From positions 4,278,001 through 4,342,000 of the forward strand of contig CM102283.1 in assembly GCA_046563655.1 (NCBI GenBank): a stretch of 64,000 bases of DNA, read 5' to 3'. Below the pieces are notes generated by a model. That model had not been told where the DNA came from. It did not search any database and was given only the letters and a program-made list of their open reading frames with translations. Shown one piece after another: positions 9,945 through 21,851 of the stretch (positions are counted from its first letter, which is position 1; each line of letters opens with the position of its first letter). The DNA comes from Yuukianura sp. NJ FZ-2021. Lineage: Eukaryota. Position numbers and translations under genes: made by a program.

Positions 9945-11219
9945 CCCTCTTCGCGACGGGTAACCCAAAAAGTGGCTTTGGCTTGCTCGTACTCACAGAC
10001 GGGATCGACAGAACCAAAGTGTGTTTTCTGGACGGGCGACCCAGAAAGGGGCTTTTGTTCCTGTGCATACCTGGACGGGAGTCCCAAAATAGGGTTTTCC
10101 TATGTTTAAGCCTACTTATTGCTTTTCGCTTTTGTCTTACTCTTTGCTTATTACTACCATCGTGTAGCCCCATCTGTTGTGATAATTTTTTGTTTTTACG
10201 CTGTTCCAAAATTCCAATATCTTCTCATTCAATATTGGAGTTGAATATATTTTGTGCTTTTTCTGGAAAGATTTTGATCGTTTCGGTCTCTGTAATTAAT
10301 TCTGGATCCGAATTGTTTTTACGGGACCAAAATCAATTCTTGAGATAATTTAATAACATATAATATAAATCTTATTAAGTTATGGTATTAGTGCTTCAAG
10401 TTCGGACCCGAAATGAAAAGTTCGAACTTCGAACCTTAAGTTCCAACTTCTTCACAAGGAGTTCGAACTTTCGAACCTTTTTTAACAGGCAAAAAGCAAG
10501 GTTAGGTTAGGTTAAAAGCAATGGTCAGTGAAAAAAAAAAGTGAACGCGATCATTTTAGCAAGTCACTTTTGAAATGTGTTTTCCTCTGTATATGTATTC
10601 TTTTTCAGACAATGACTTTAAAAAATGGTTTAAATTTAAGAAAAACTTATTCTTGTGGCAATGTGCTAGGACTTTGGTTGAAATCCATATGTTGCTGGAT
10701 ATTTTGCCTATATTGACCTATAGATTCGAACTCTTTTGGCTGAGGTTCGAACTTCGAACCGGGAAAAATAGTCGAGTTCGAGTTCGAAAGTTCTAACTTG
10801 AAGCACTATATGGTATATATATTATGTTATTATATAATATAATAATGATAAAATGCTATTATATTATATGCTTATTTTATAACTTTATTTTTTATTACAT
10901 ACTATATATGTAATATGTAGTATATTATGTAATATTATATAACATATATAATATTATAAGCTATATAATATAATATAACGTATAATATTATTTAATATTA
11001 TACAATAGATAATAATATTATTTAATAAATATACAGATTGAAATGGGCTATTCGATTTATGGGCAGAGACTGTAATGAGATTTGTTGCTTAGAAAAAGAG
11101 TCTGGTGGAATCAGTCTACGATTTGGTTACCCGTCTGAGATGTCCGAGTAGGGAGAACCCCAGAATGGGTCCCCCGTCTAACAAACGCACTCGGTGCTAA
11201 TGACCTTGTGGCGAAAAGG
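9945..11219. mobile_element. Non-autonomous TIR element with CCCT..AGG termini (piggyBac-like), inserted in a satellite monomer
   Basis: The satellite stops at GGTTATTTA (9944) and resumes at TTAGAGAC (11220), with TTA duplicated. Ends CCCTCTTCGCGACGGG / CCTTGTGGCGAAAAGG are imperfect inverted repeats. The site is not a canonical TTAA, so the superfamily is tentative. Confidence 0.65.
10389..10808. mobile_element. hAT-type MITE nested in the 9945-11219 element
   Basis: TIR TAGTGCTTCAAGTT / AACTTGAAGCACTA. Perfect 8-bp TSD TATGGTAT at 10381-10388 and 10809-10816. Many subterminal GTTCGAAC motifs. Confidence 0.9.
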
Positions 11220-14091
11220 TTAGAGACATTTTGTAACATTTTGTGACATTCGACGACAAAAAAACGACAAATGTTGAAGTTCAGTTAATTTGACAAACAT
11301 GCTTCTGTGAGCTTATGTTTGACCAGATTTACTCGACACACGTCTCTTGAGGTAAGTGGTTCGATAAACCAAATTGAGATGAAGAATAGGAAGCGTTATG
11401 TTTATTTGACCGGGAGTAAACATGGAATTCATCTCGTTGTTATTTGTTTTCCAATATTTACTTTACACTGTCGGCAAGCCTTAAAAAAAGACCGCTGTAA
11501 CGAGCCAAATGCAAGGGGCCATTGACAACTACAGTAGGTCTAAATGCGATCAGATTATGTTGTTATTTAGAGAGATTTTGTAACATTTTGTGACATTCGA
11601 CGACAAAAAACGACAAACGTTGAAGTTCAGAGCATAGGTCATCCAGAGGCAGTTGACACTTGATTCTACTTAAACCGGCCTGCCTAAAAATGTAGAACTG
11701 AGAAACCGTTTTCACGGAGTTGATGCACCAAAACGCAGCTCAAAATTTTCTGTGCGGATGTGAGGTCGTATTTTGTGCATGAGTTCCACCAAAATTGGGT
11801 TGGCAAATCTATCATTTAAGGCTCTGTTAGCCCGGCAACGACGAGGTCTGATAACTACTGAAAATTGACCATTTTCTAAAATCAGTTAAAAATCGTAGCA
11901 TCGACATAGAAGGTCAAGTAAGGTATCGAAACCTGCGGAAGAGCATGTTGGGGTATTCTATAGAATCATACTTTATATACCTTAACCCGTTTAAAAGTTA
12001 CAGCCGATAAAACAAAAGTAGTTACGAATTATCGTTGTTTTTTAGGTTTAAAAGGTGGAATTTCTAACTTTTTATTCTATAGAAAACCCCGCAATCACTT
12101 TTCACAAATTTTGATACCATTAATTGTATTTCTATGTCCATCCTAAGGGTCCCTGGCGCAAATTTTACAAACTGAGAAAAAATTCCGGAAGTTTAATTTC
12201 GAATGGAAGTAAATCACCAAGACATCGGCAATTGTTTGCATGTTTGTACGAAAGGTAAAACGAATCTCCGCATTCCACTCTGATTCCTCCGCGGAAGGAT
12301 TTGAGTGAAAACGAACAAACATGCCGATGTCTGTTGTTAAACAGAAACCGATTTCGCAGTTGTTAACAGAAACGATTGATGTTAAATAATCAACAATAAG
12401 CCGTCCTTAATTGAACCAAAATCATGTTCCAGATTTTTAGGCCCAAAATATTTGCACCGAATTGATGTTCTTAATTTGTTGAGCAAGGTGCACATAATGT
12501 ATTGTCGATGTTGCTATGGCAATGTACTATTAGCGAAAAGAGCGTAAACCAAATGCCATCAAAATAATGATATAGAAATTGAGATTTGTGCAGGATGCAC
12601 AAATTTGAACGCTGAAGGAGGACGGGTCGGATATCCCTTCCTTTAAATCGAAATCGGTTCATGAAAATGCACAGTGAGTGAAATTAAGCGCATAAGTTAT
12701 TGAACCGAAAATCGCTTGTTTATAATCAAAATTATAAAAATTTGTTGCAAAGGCAAATTTTAACCCTGCCAAGCACTGTTTCCATATTATGAGTTTAAGC
12801 CAGATTTTCTACCCTCTAGTTAAGTTTTAATTTAACAACGTAATTAAACTAGCTGTCAGAAAATGACAGGATCAAAGCTTCGTTGTTTAAATATATTTTG
12901 AGTGTAATCGAAACCAAAATGTTTCCGGGAAACGACTGCACTTAGGGTGCATAAAGTGGTCGCCCATTTCCACGTTGTTAATATAACACTTTGAGTGCAA
13001 TGCAGACTTAATGTAAACACTTGAGGCATACATAACCCCCCGGACAAAATGGAGCTTATGTTTTAGCGCAAAAGATACTAAAAAAGCGAACGGACAGACA
13101 GACAGACAAAGTCGTATCAATAGTCTTCTTCAGCATGTCGTAGACATGCGTCTCCAGAAGACTAAAATGTATTCGCCGAAATCTGTCACTAAAAGCTGTT
13201 AAGAGTGCACAATTAGTAGGAAGGTACTTCACACAAAATATAGCTAAACAATACAGAAAAGGGTTAATATCTGTGATTAAGAACTGTCGGCCAGAAACAG
13301 TGTCAGCAAGCATTTGTATTGCAACTAGTAATTTAAAAATTCAAATCGACAGGACCGGGGAGGCATATGAGCGCTCGCCACGGGCGAGACTCACAAACAT
13401 CCGTCTCCAGTGTCACTCCATTTATGGACAGGCCTTGAGAGCTGTATGGCTGACGCAACTATGGGTGTATATAAGTAGCGATCCAGATGCGGTCTGGGAC
13501 ACACTGTAGTAGGACACTCTCTAGTAAGATACTCTAGTAGGAGTCATTCTCCTTAGTAGGAGTCGCTCTCTAAGCATTATGTAGGAAGTACGGATAAGAG
13601 TACCCTGTAAGAGTATGGGTAAGACTCACTATGTGAGACCAGCACTAAGTACTAGGATAGGGAGTAACTGTGAGAGAATGCGTACCCGTAGGATAGGTCA
13701 TGTAGGTCAGTAAGTTAAGCAGTAGTAAGCAGTAGTGACCTCAATAAACTATTCACCGGAGTTGGTCTGTGTATTGTCATCGGCCTTTATTGCCTCATGT
13801 ACGGAAGGTCATCTTAGAGGGAATCAGGGCTGACATTTTGGTACGAAACTTAGGATGTACTAAGTCAGGCCCATCCTAACTATTTAGGAGAAAAGATGGG
13901 ACTCCTCTAAGATTTCCTAAGTTGCCGTATTTTGATACGAATCCCAGGACTGTCCTAAGTCTGGAGTTGGGCAATGGGAGATAGGTACTTAGGATCGCCC
14001 ATATTTTGGAAAAGATATGATTTCCTATCTTTGTCAAAATTCCTCCTATCTTTAGGGTCGGTCTTTCCACGTCCTAACTCAATCCTAACAA

Positions 14092-14181
14092 TTATTAAGT
14101 AGCGAAAGCTACTTATTGGTTTGACCTAGTTTGTCTGTCCGTCTGTCTGTCTGTCTGTCCGTCTGTCTGTCTGTCTGTCTG

Positions 14182-14212
<31 letters not shown>

Positions 14213-14822
14213 GTCTGTCTGTCTGTCTGGCCGTCTCCGGCAATTATCTCGGAAACGGTTCAACATTTCCGGGATATGTTTTCACCAGTGGACACCTAGT
14301 GACCCGGTGATGTACGCTTTTGAATATCATCCCGGTGGGTCAACTCCTTCCGGGTCAAAGGTCAACCGGCTTCATCCCCCATAACATGGAAAATGTCCTC
14401 TACAAAAGTTGTTCGTCTCATCGAGACCAGCAACTTTTGTGTACATCACATGACCCCAAGTGACCTGCATCCGGGTCAAAGGTCAGCTTTTTTTTATTTT
14501 AACGTCGTATTACCACGGAGGGGAGAACCCATCTCCACTTTTCCCGGGGGAACCCATCTCCACTCCCCTGGGGGGAACCCATCTCCACCCCCTGGAGGGA
14601 ACCCATCTCCACTCTCCGCCACGGGTAACCCGTCTCCACTTTTTCGGGGGGAACCCATTTCCACTCCCCCGGAGGGAACTCATCTTCACTGCCCATGGAG
14701 GAACTCAGCTCCACTCCCCCGGGGGACCCACCCTCATTCTTCCAGGGAGGGCGGGAAAGCGCAGGGGGAGCCCACGTTTTTTTTCGCTACTTCCGTACAT
14801 CGGGTTACAACCGTTTATTTTA
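14092..14822 (+). mobile_element. DINE-1/Helentron-associated (HINE)-like non-autonomous rolling-circle element
   Basis: 5' subTIR AAGTAGCGAAA (14097) within hairpin AAGTAGC-GAAA-GCTACTT, (GTCY)n microsatellite at about 14133-14235, inverted subTIR TTTCGCTACTT (14782-14792), 3' stem-loop at about 14801-14813, T-rich flanks. This matches the established DINE-1 architecture. Confidence 0.75.
14520..14745. repeat. GC-rich ~24-28-bp minisatellite (GGGAACCCATCTCCACTCCCC) inside the DINE-like element
   Basis: About 8 diverged tandem units are visible. They explain the Pro/Gly-rich spurious ORFs here. Confidence 0.85.
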
Positions 14823-15486
14823 TAATGTGAATTTATGTGAAAGTTTGACTTCAAAACAATATACTATACTTATATATAATGTAATAGTGCAATATACATT
14901 AATTAATATGCATTAATTAATACATTAATGTACTATACCATACTATATAATACAATAATTATATTTAATCATAAGTTTTTAATTATTTATAGGAATATTT
15001 TTTGTTAATAGTAATTATTTAACAATATTTTAAAATCCGATAAGCTGTGTTAATAGTAGGTTCAGGGATCCTATCTTTACGAAAATCTGGTTTGTCCTAT
15101 CTGTTCCTAAGTTTGGTGCTATCCTAAAGTTTGGACGTCATAAGTGTACCAAAATGTCAGCCCAGTGTTCCGTCCGTCATACAGGCTCCACTGAGTCCTC
15201 GGTGTGCTTCTGGACGATATGACGACTCATTCATACCACAGAGGTCACACTAAATTCAACACGAGATTTTGTGCTCAAGGAGTGTAAAGAAAACAAGGAT
15301 TTCCGAACCGCACGGCTAATCTGGATTTATTAAATGGATTCAAGAAACGTCAATTGTCTACCTTTTAATACTAACTTCAATTCAGATATGCGACCTTGAC
15401 TTTTTGGGAAAAAAAATTTTTTTTTTTTGCTTTTTAAAAATTTTCAATACATAAGTCGATTAGGAACTTTATGTAACTCACAAGGC

Positions 15487-16864
15487 GTAGGCAAGGCCTG
15501 GTTATTTTGGATTTTGATGAAACTCGACAGATGACCTCGAAATGACCCCAAATGACCCCCAAATTTTTCTTTTGATGCAATGGGTCGAAATGAAAAAGTC
15601 GGTCAAAAAGTTCAAAATTTTGAAATCCTTATGAGGTTTAACACGTCTTTTTCAAGTTTCACGTGTCCCCCCTTGGGAGTTTTTGTGGAACTGCGCTTTT
15701 TAGCTTCAAATATAAAACAATCCCAAAATATAGTAAGCCGCGAGTGAACAAGAACAAGAACAGCCTTTTCAAAAAATGCACAGTTTTTGTTGTAAAAAGT
15801 GCAACTTTTTCTACATTCTACAATCCTACGATTGCTACAGAAGTGAAGTTGCGTTGTTACTTCGAAGTTTCAAGGTAAATTAAAATGTGTATATGTTTTT
15901 TTTTTATATTCCCACTGACTGTTGCCTAAAATGAATTTGATTTTTTCTGTACCGTTATTAGCAAAGGAGACAAATCCTGTAGCTGTCGGTGCAGAGCTGC
16001 TGCGTTTATTGGAAGCGGAGTATCCATCCTACGTACAAGGAATTCCATCCGAAATTGACTTCATGATTGCAAAGAAACTTTGAACTTTTTCAAAATTTTG
16101 AACGTTTTTTCAAAATTTGAACTTTTTTTTCAAAATTTTGAACGTTTTTCAAAATTTCGAAATTTTTTTTGAAATTTTGAACTTTTTTCAACAGTTCAAA
16201 AAAAATCGAAATTTTGAAAAAAAAAGTTTAAAATTTTGAAAAAACGTTCAAAATTTTGAAAAAGTTCAAAGTTTCTTTGCAATCATGAAGTCAATTTCGG
16301 ATGGAATTCCTTGTACGTAGGATGGATACTCCGCTTCCAATAAACGCAGCAGCTCTGCACCGACAGCTACAGGATTTGTCTCCTTTGCTAATAACGGTAC
16401 AGAAAAAATCAAATTCATTTTAGGCAACAGTCAGTGGGAATATAAAAAAAAAACATATACACATTTTAATTTACCTTGAAACTTCGAAGTAACAACGCAA
16501 CTTCACTTCTGTAGCAATCGTAGGATTGTAGAATGTAGAAAAAGTTGCACTTTTTACAACAAAAACTGTGCATTTTTTGAAAAGGCTGTTCTTGTTCTTG
16601 TTCACTCGCGGCTTACTATATTTTGGGATTGTTTTATATTTGAAGCTAAAAAGCGCAGTTCCACAAAAACTCCCAAGGGGGGGACACGTGAAACTTGAAA
16701 AAAGACGTGTTAAACCTCATAAGGATTTCAAAATTTTGAACTTTTTGACCGACTTTTTCATTTCGACCCATTGCATCAAAAGAAAAATTTGGGGGTCATT
16801 TGGGGTCATTTCGAGGTCATCTGTCGAGTTTCATCAAAATCCAAAATAACCAGGCCTTGCCTAC
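15487..16864. mobile_element. Foldback element: ~1.38-kb near-perfect palindrome
   Basis: GTAGGCAAGGCCTGGTTATTTTGG (15487) is mirrored by CCAAAATAACCAGGCCTTGCCTAC (ends 16864). The arms match over about 650 bp apart from homopolymer lengths. The centre (16080-16270) consists of TTCAAAATTTTGAA repeats. Confidence 0.9.
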
Positions 16865-17170
16865 TCCTTGTCAGTAACATCATATCCCTTCGCACCTTCC
16901 ACTTTTTATTCCATACTACAGCCAATTCAATTTCAAAGTTTCTTCGGTTTTTGAAAAAAAAAATGCTAGTAGCGGTATTTTGTTCAGGTACTTTGTTTTT
17001 AAAAAATGCACCAACTTTATTTTGTGCTTTTGAACGTCTTAAGGTAAATGCTACGTTTTAACAATAGAAAAAGTTCTACGAGTCGAGCTATGTTCAGGTT
17101 TGAACAAATCAGCGATCGGAAGTTGGAAAGTGAATATGAATATAAAGAAAAATCTATTTCTGGAAATTTT

Positions 17171-20100
17171 CTAAGTACTACTGTTAATGGAGTGGATTCG
17201 ATTGTACTTTGACTCCATTTCGTAAGTGGAGCTGGGATCTGTTGTGGTATACGTTGAGGCTGTGGAACAGTCGCTAAACTTCCGACTTTTGTCGAATGTT
17301 CCAGAGGTGACGGTGATTGTGTTGGAGCGAACTCTCCTGTTGTCCATCGAAGATCTCTTTCTGTGACCACAAATGTGGAAGATTCGTCGAAAAGCATTCA
17401 CAATTGGAAGCAGAAGAGCACATGCGCAAAGCATCAACCGATTTCCAAACAACGGACAAAACTTGCTTCTCTGACTTCCTATCTCCAGCGCATCTTGTTC
17501 TGAAAAAGGCGAAAATGCTAATAAAGATTTTTTTTTTATATAGATTTACTATTTGATATAATGAGATGGATTTACCGCGCTGGCGCTCTAGGAGCAACGA
17601 CAGTTTTTTGAATTTTCCTTCTAGCTGCCTGCATGTGTTTGGCTTGCAAGTGAAGATGATGAAGATCCAGAGACCTTGCAAGGCATTTATGATGTCAAAC
17701 GGAATGAAGGCGTCTTTTAGCGGTTCATTTGAACTGTAAACCTCCACAATCCAGCTGATGACCTCGAAAATCCATAATACGCCCATCACAATGAAAATCT
17801 TCATGAAAAGCACAAACCTAAAAAACAAAATCAGTGTTAGGAAGTGCATTTCACGTTTATAAAATTGCGTTGTCTGAAACTTTTTCTTGTCCTGCTTGGA
17901 GCTCTGCCTCGTCGCAAATTTAGTGTCTTGCTGCAACTTCTGGAGAGAGTAGACTGTGTTGATGAAGAAAATCAAATCGATGAGCAGGAGGACGCCAACG
18001 GGACCGTAGAAGTACGGGAGTTGCTCTGCACTTCCGTAGAAGTAACACTTTCGCTCTCCAAATCGCGGTCTCACCACTCCAGAATCTGGTTCGTCTCTAA
18101 AAGAAAACGAAAAAAAACTGTTGAAAACAATTTTTGTTATTGAAATTTTTTTTTCGAAATTTTTGGCCACCGTACTCGTAGAGGAAGTCGAGAGCCAATC
18201 CAATGCCAGCGATGATTCCGGGAAATCCCCACGAGAAGATGGCGAAGATTATGAATCGTTTTTTGTCTCCAGTTTTGGAACTTGGACGCAGAGGACGGCA
18301 TCCGCTGAAAAAATTGAAAACAGGAAAACACAAAATTATCTTTGGTTTTATCTCAGCTTGTGATGCAGTTTCGAAATATCCGCCAACTCTTGAATACAAA
18401 TTTGTTTTTGTTTGAATCTCACCTAAAGGTCCACCAGAGGTCAAAGTTCATTGAGGTTAACCAGAAAAAGGCGGCAAGAAAAGAAAAGTGAATAATTGCG
18501 CCTGGAATAAAAACAGAAAGTGATGAAATTTTTCAAAGGAAGTGTGACTTTCCAAATAAACCAGCGAAATTCACTTCTTTAGTACCCATTGATTCGCAGA
18601 GATTCTGATCGATGTCGTTGATCTGATTGGTGTAGAGCTGGACTGTTGCGAGGAACGTGAAGGAAAAGAAGCAGGAAACGACGTATGCGAACTGAAGCCA
18701 TCCATGGATGTTCTGAAACTCCCATAACAGCAAGTATACAAATGCTGTAAGCAGCAGGAAGAGGGAAGACACGAGTTCGCATTTGGCGTAAACGCCATAT
18801 CGCCAATCCTAAATGATACAGAAATTATTTTTTAAGGAAAACGCTGCTTTTTGAAAAAATTAGCGCTTACTTTTTAATGAAAAGTTGCCTACCTCTTTTG
18901 AAATGTTTGCAATTGGTGGATAGCATATGACCGCAACCTGATCCAATTTCGTCCCACCAGACTTGACTTGTGGATCCAATGGAGCTGAGTCTGGCGCATG
19001 CGTGTTGGGTTCCACAGCTCCATCTACGCAAAACGTGTTTGGTGGATAGACGACTGTTCTGCCTCGAGCAACCGTTATCAGTGATCCGTTTGTGAGAACG
19101 TACATTCTTGAAGCACAAAATTTCGAAATCAATAAATTCCAAAATGAGGCGAAATATAAATTTCCTAATTTCTAATTTTACAATTCTGCTGTTACTTTTC
19201 TGCCAAGTTTTGCCAGGGTGTGAACGAGTAGGAGTCGCACTCTGGGATGCCGTAGATGTAATGGGCGTTGTCAGCGGCATTGGACTGTGTAGGAACAAAA
19301 GCATTTTGGTTGTAAAGGGACGGAGTCCACTCCTTTTCGCTTGACACGCAGCTCCATTTGTCCGTGTCCAGAATGTCCCCTGGACTGCAGCACTTGGGAA
19401 CGCACGGCTGCTCGGCGTTACACCGTGGCTCACAAGTCAACGCGATGAACGCCGTGTCATTTATCCTGCGTAGAACCCAAGAAAATTAAACGGCTTCATT
19501 GTAAAGTACTGCGCAGAAGCTGCAATTTCCGCAGAATTGTCATTAGTGATGTACTCACTGGTCAATACAATAGTCCGTGGATTTGTACATGCTCATTAGT
19601 CCAAGTTCGTCTTTCCAGATGAGCTGACCATCCGTAGATAGGAAAACGAACGAAGTAGGTTCGTTTTCATGCATTCGGAAAACTTCGGAGACGTTGAGCA
19701 TCTTCTCCTTCGACAGGACGTCCTTCTGAATGATTTTTTCGATCATTTTTTTCGATGATGACAAACATTTTGGCATTGAGACACGAAGTCTGCAAATGGA
19801 AAAGGAAAAGCGTTTAGTAGTCAAATTTGAAATTCAAAATGTGGCGCTTCCCCTGCATGTTATCTGATTTGGAGTAAACTAAAGCGAACAAAGCACATCC
19901 AGAGGACATCCAACACCCAGACCCAACCCAATTTATATTCATCACTTCTATACAAAACTTTGCAAAAACAAAAGAAACAAGAAAATCAGACTCCTTTGTC
20001 CTGTTTTTTCCTTAGCATTACAAATTCAAATTGGTTTGGAGGTTGACCAGAGTTGGATTGAAACAAAAATGACTTGAAGGTCGCTGGAGTTAATATTCGC

Positions 20101-21851
20101 AAAGTAGTTTCATGGCCGTTGTGGCCCGTGGATTACATTTGGAACAGACTGCGCATGCGATGAAGCAGGAAACCTGTCCTGGATTTCCCACGCCTTCCCA
20201 TTAACTTTGAATTCCGCTATGAATGTTGAAACTGGTTAAATTAACGAATGGACAGAGTTTCAAAGCTTCACATGACTTGTGTTCCAGAAGAATGGAGAAA
20301 TTAAAAAGGAAACTAATCTAATCAGAGCAAAGTTTACGTTTTCTACTGGGCGTCAGTGACCTCTTCTCTGAATCCTGTTACACTGCTCTGCTGCGAGTTG
20401 ATGACATTTTCCAATGTCATCGTCAACCCTTTCCCCTTTAATTATCTACAATTACTCATTTCTGGAGTTAGCCCTTTCTACATGACAGTGCATACCATGA
20501 AGTTCAAAGTTCCGGATTGTCCCTAGCACGCTCACAAGATTCAACACTATAAACTTTAATTAATGAGAATAAATCGGTTCGCTTTCCATAACTAGCTAAT
20601 AAGCCTTTTGCCTGGTCAGTGTTCCAAATGACCATATTCCTGAATTTATGACTAAAAAGCCGGAAAAGTCTGCAATGCAGACTTGCCAAAAATATTTACT
20701 AAAAACAGTAAAATATTTAAATAAATACAATATTTACTGAAAAATCTCGAAATATATGCGAACTTAACATTAAGGGCATGGCGGCATGGGTAAATAAATA
20801 AATATTTAGTAACAAAAAGAATCGAAACAGTGATTTTGCTAACATTACAGGCATGCGAACTAAATATCTTTGGCATGTCTGGAATGGCCGACTCTATCAC
20901 CTTATTTTGGAGCACGCCATATTTTCTGGAAAGAATCACATTCCACTTTCGTTATAATTCGCTTCGGGGCAATTTAACTTTCGTTGTAATTGGTTTTTGG
21001 GAAGTTCATTCGGGGAAATCCGTGTCGTTGTAAATAATTCATTCGATGAAATTGCATTAGAAACGATAGGGTCTTGTGGCTGACGGCATAATTCATACGG
21101 CCCAGCGGCATGGAATGGAGTCGTTTAGCCCTATTAATGCCACAACTGCTAAAATTTTTCAAATATTTTTTCTTTCACCACAACTGATAGTCTTCCGGAT
21201 CAAAGGTCATCTAAAGCATCACACAAGAGGTCAACCTCACTTAGTAATTGAAAAATCATTTCAAGAGTTGTGTCCGTGTTGCGATTCGCAAGTTGCGACA
21301 GATGCAATTCCAGTAGACTACGTAAATGCAAACTTATTACAAAAATGTTGGTATTTACGTAGTCTTTCAAAGTTGTTATAAGGAAAGAATTTTGTTTTGT
21401 TATCGTGTTCTGCCTATTTCGTCAGTGGCATTTGAAATGTTACCAAACTAGTTTTTACCCCATTTTATCAATATTTTTGACTGTTTTACCTGAATACAAC
21501 TGGTGCGTCAACGAGGGGGCGCGTGGTATTGACATTGATGGAACCTACGTCATTCCAAGATGCTTCCATAGACTCCAGTTGATAAGTGTTGGATTCCGAG
21601 TTGTAGATTCTGTGGGTAAGAGACTCCGATGAGGTCACACATCCGCCTCCGCTCACCCATCGCTCACCCAGAGGGCAGCACTTGTTCACTATCGGGAAAC
21701 TGTCCGTAAACTTAGCATATCCGTTCCGAATAAACGACGCTTCCTCTCTTTCCGTCAATACAGTCACGGCCTCTGTTGAGAACGATCGCCCGAAGAGCAC
21801 TAAGTAACTGCCAAGCAGCATACGGGTCAGGAGGTCAATGGTTGATGTCAT
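17171..21851 (-). CDS. mthl: Methuselah-like (family B3) G protein-coupled receptor, multi-exon
   Basis: Cys-rich ectodomain exons (NKCCPLGE, CVPKCCSPG, FCVDG), then 7TM exons: ELVSSLFLLLTAFVYLLL..QNIHG, IHFSFLAAFFWLN..FDLWWTF, RFIIFAIFSWGFP, VRPRFGERKCYF..YFYGP, FMKIFIVMGVLWIFEVISW, DIINALQGLWIFIIF. The last exon splices in frame to the ORF ending at 17171. The 5' exons (19.8-21.85 kb) are less certain. Confidence 0.88.
20678..20881. mobile_element. MITE of the same family as 40379-40575
   Basis: TIR CAGACTTGCCAAAAATATTTA / TAAATATCTTTGGCATGTCTG. Internal sequence aligns with the MITE at 40379. TSD not clear. Confidence 0.75.

Larger units (their letters stand above)
1..11630. repeat. 349-bp satellite-like tandem array interrupted by transposon insertions
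   Basis: Monomer AAATGTTGAAGTTTAGTTAATT...GACAAAAAACGAC recurs at 1-160 (partial), 161-509, 2413-2761, 9293-9641, 9642-9944+11220-11268 (interrupted), 11269-11614 and 11615-11630 (partial). TTACTTTATAGTGTCGG lies at 1 and 350, giving the 349-bp period. Confidence 0.93.
13825..15165. mobile_element. TIR element (hAT-like termini)
   Basis: 20-bp TIR CAGGGCTGACATTTTGGTAC / GTACCAAAATGTCAGCCCAG (1 mismatch) with repeated subterminal TCCTA motifs. No clear TSD. Confidence 0.7.
13368..15233 (+). mobile_element. Probable LTR remnant (3' LTR) interrupted by a TIR element
   Basis: Purine tract GGGGAGG directly before TG at 13368, TATATAAG at 13468, AATAAA at 13743, short AGTAGG repeats. LTR-like sequence resumes at 15166 and can end in CA at 15233. 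No partner LTR or TSD found. Confidence 0.45.

Noticed and set aside
10499-10514. TTAGG-like units suggesting telomeric sequence
   Set aside because: Only 2-3 units inside a MITE; not an array.
11628-12778. Possible TIR element CAGAGCATAGG..GCCAAGCACTG truncating the satellite
   Set aside because: The inverted match is weak and there is no TSD; the boundaries cannot be supported.
14393-14916. Pro/Gly-rich overlapping ORFs
   Set aside because: Products of the GC-rich minisatellite.
15663-16849. Mirror ORFs in the foldback arms
   Set aside because: No transposase motifs; a consequence of the palindrome.
17274-18203. 309-aa ORF as a single-exon gene
   Set aside because: It reads through introns of the Mth-like gene, and its ends are out of the true frame.
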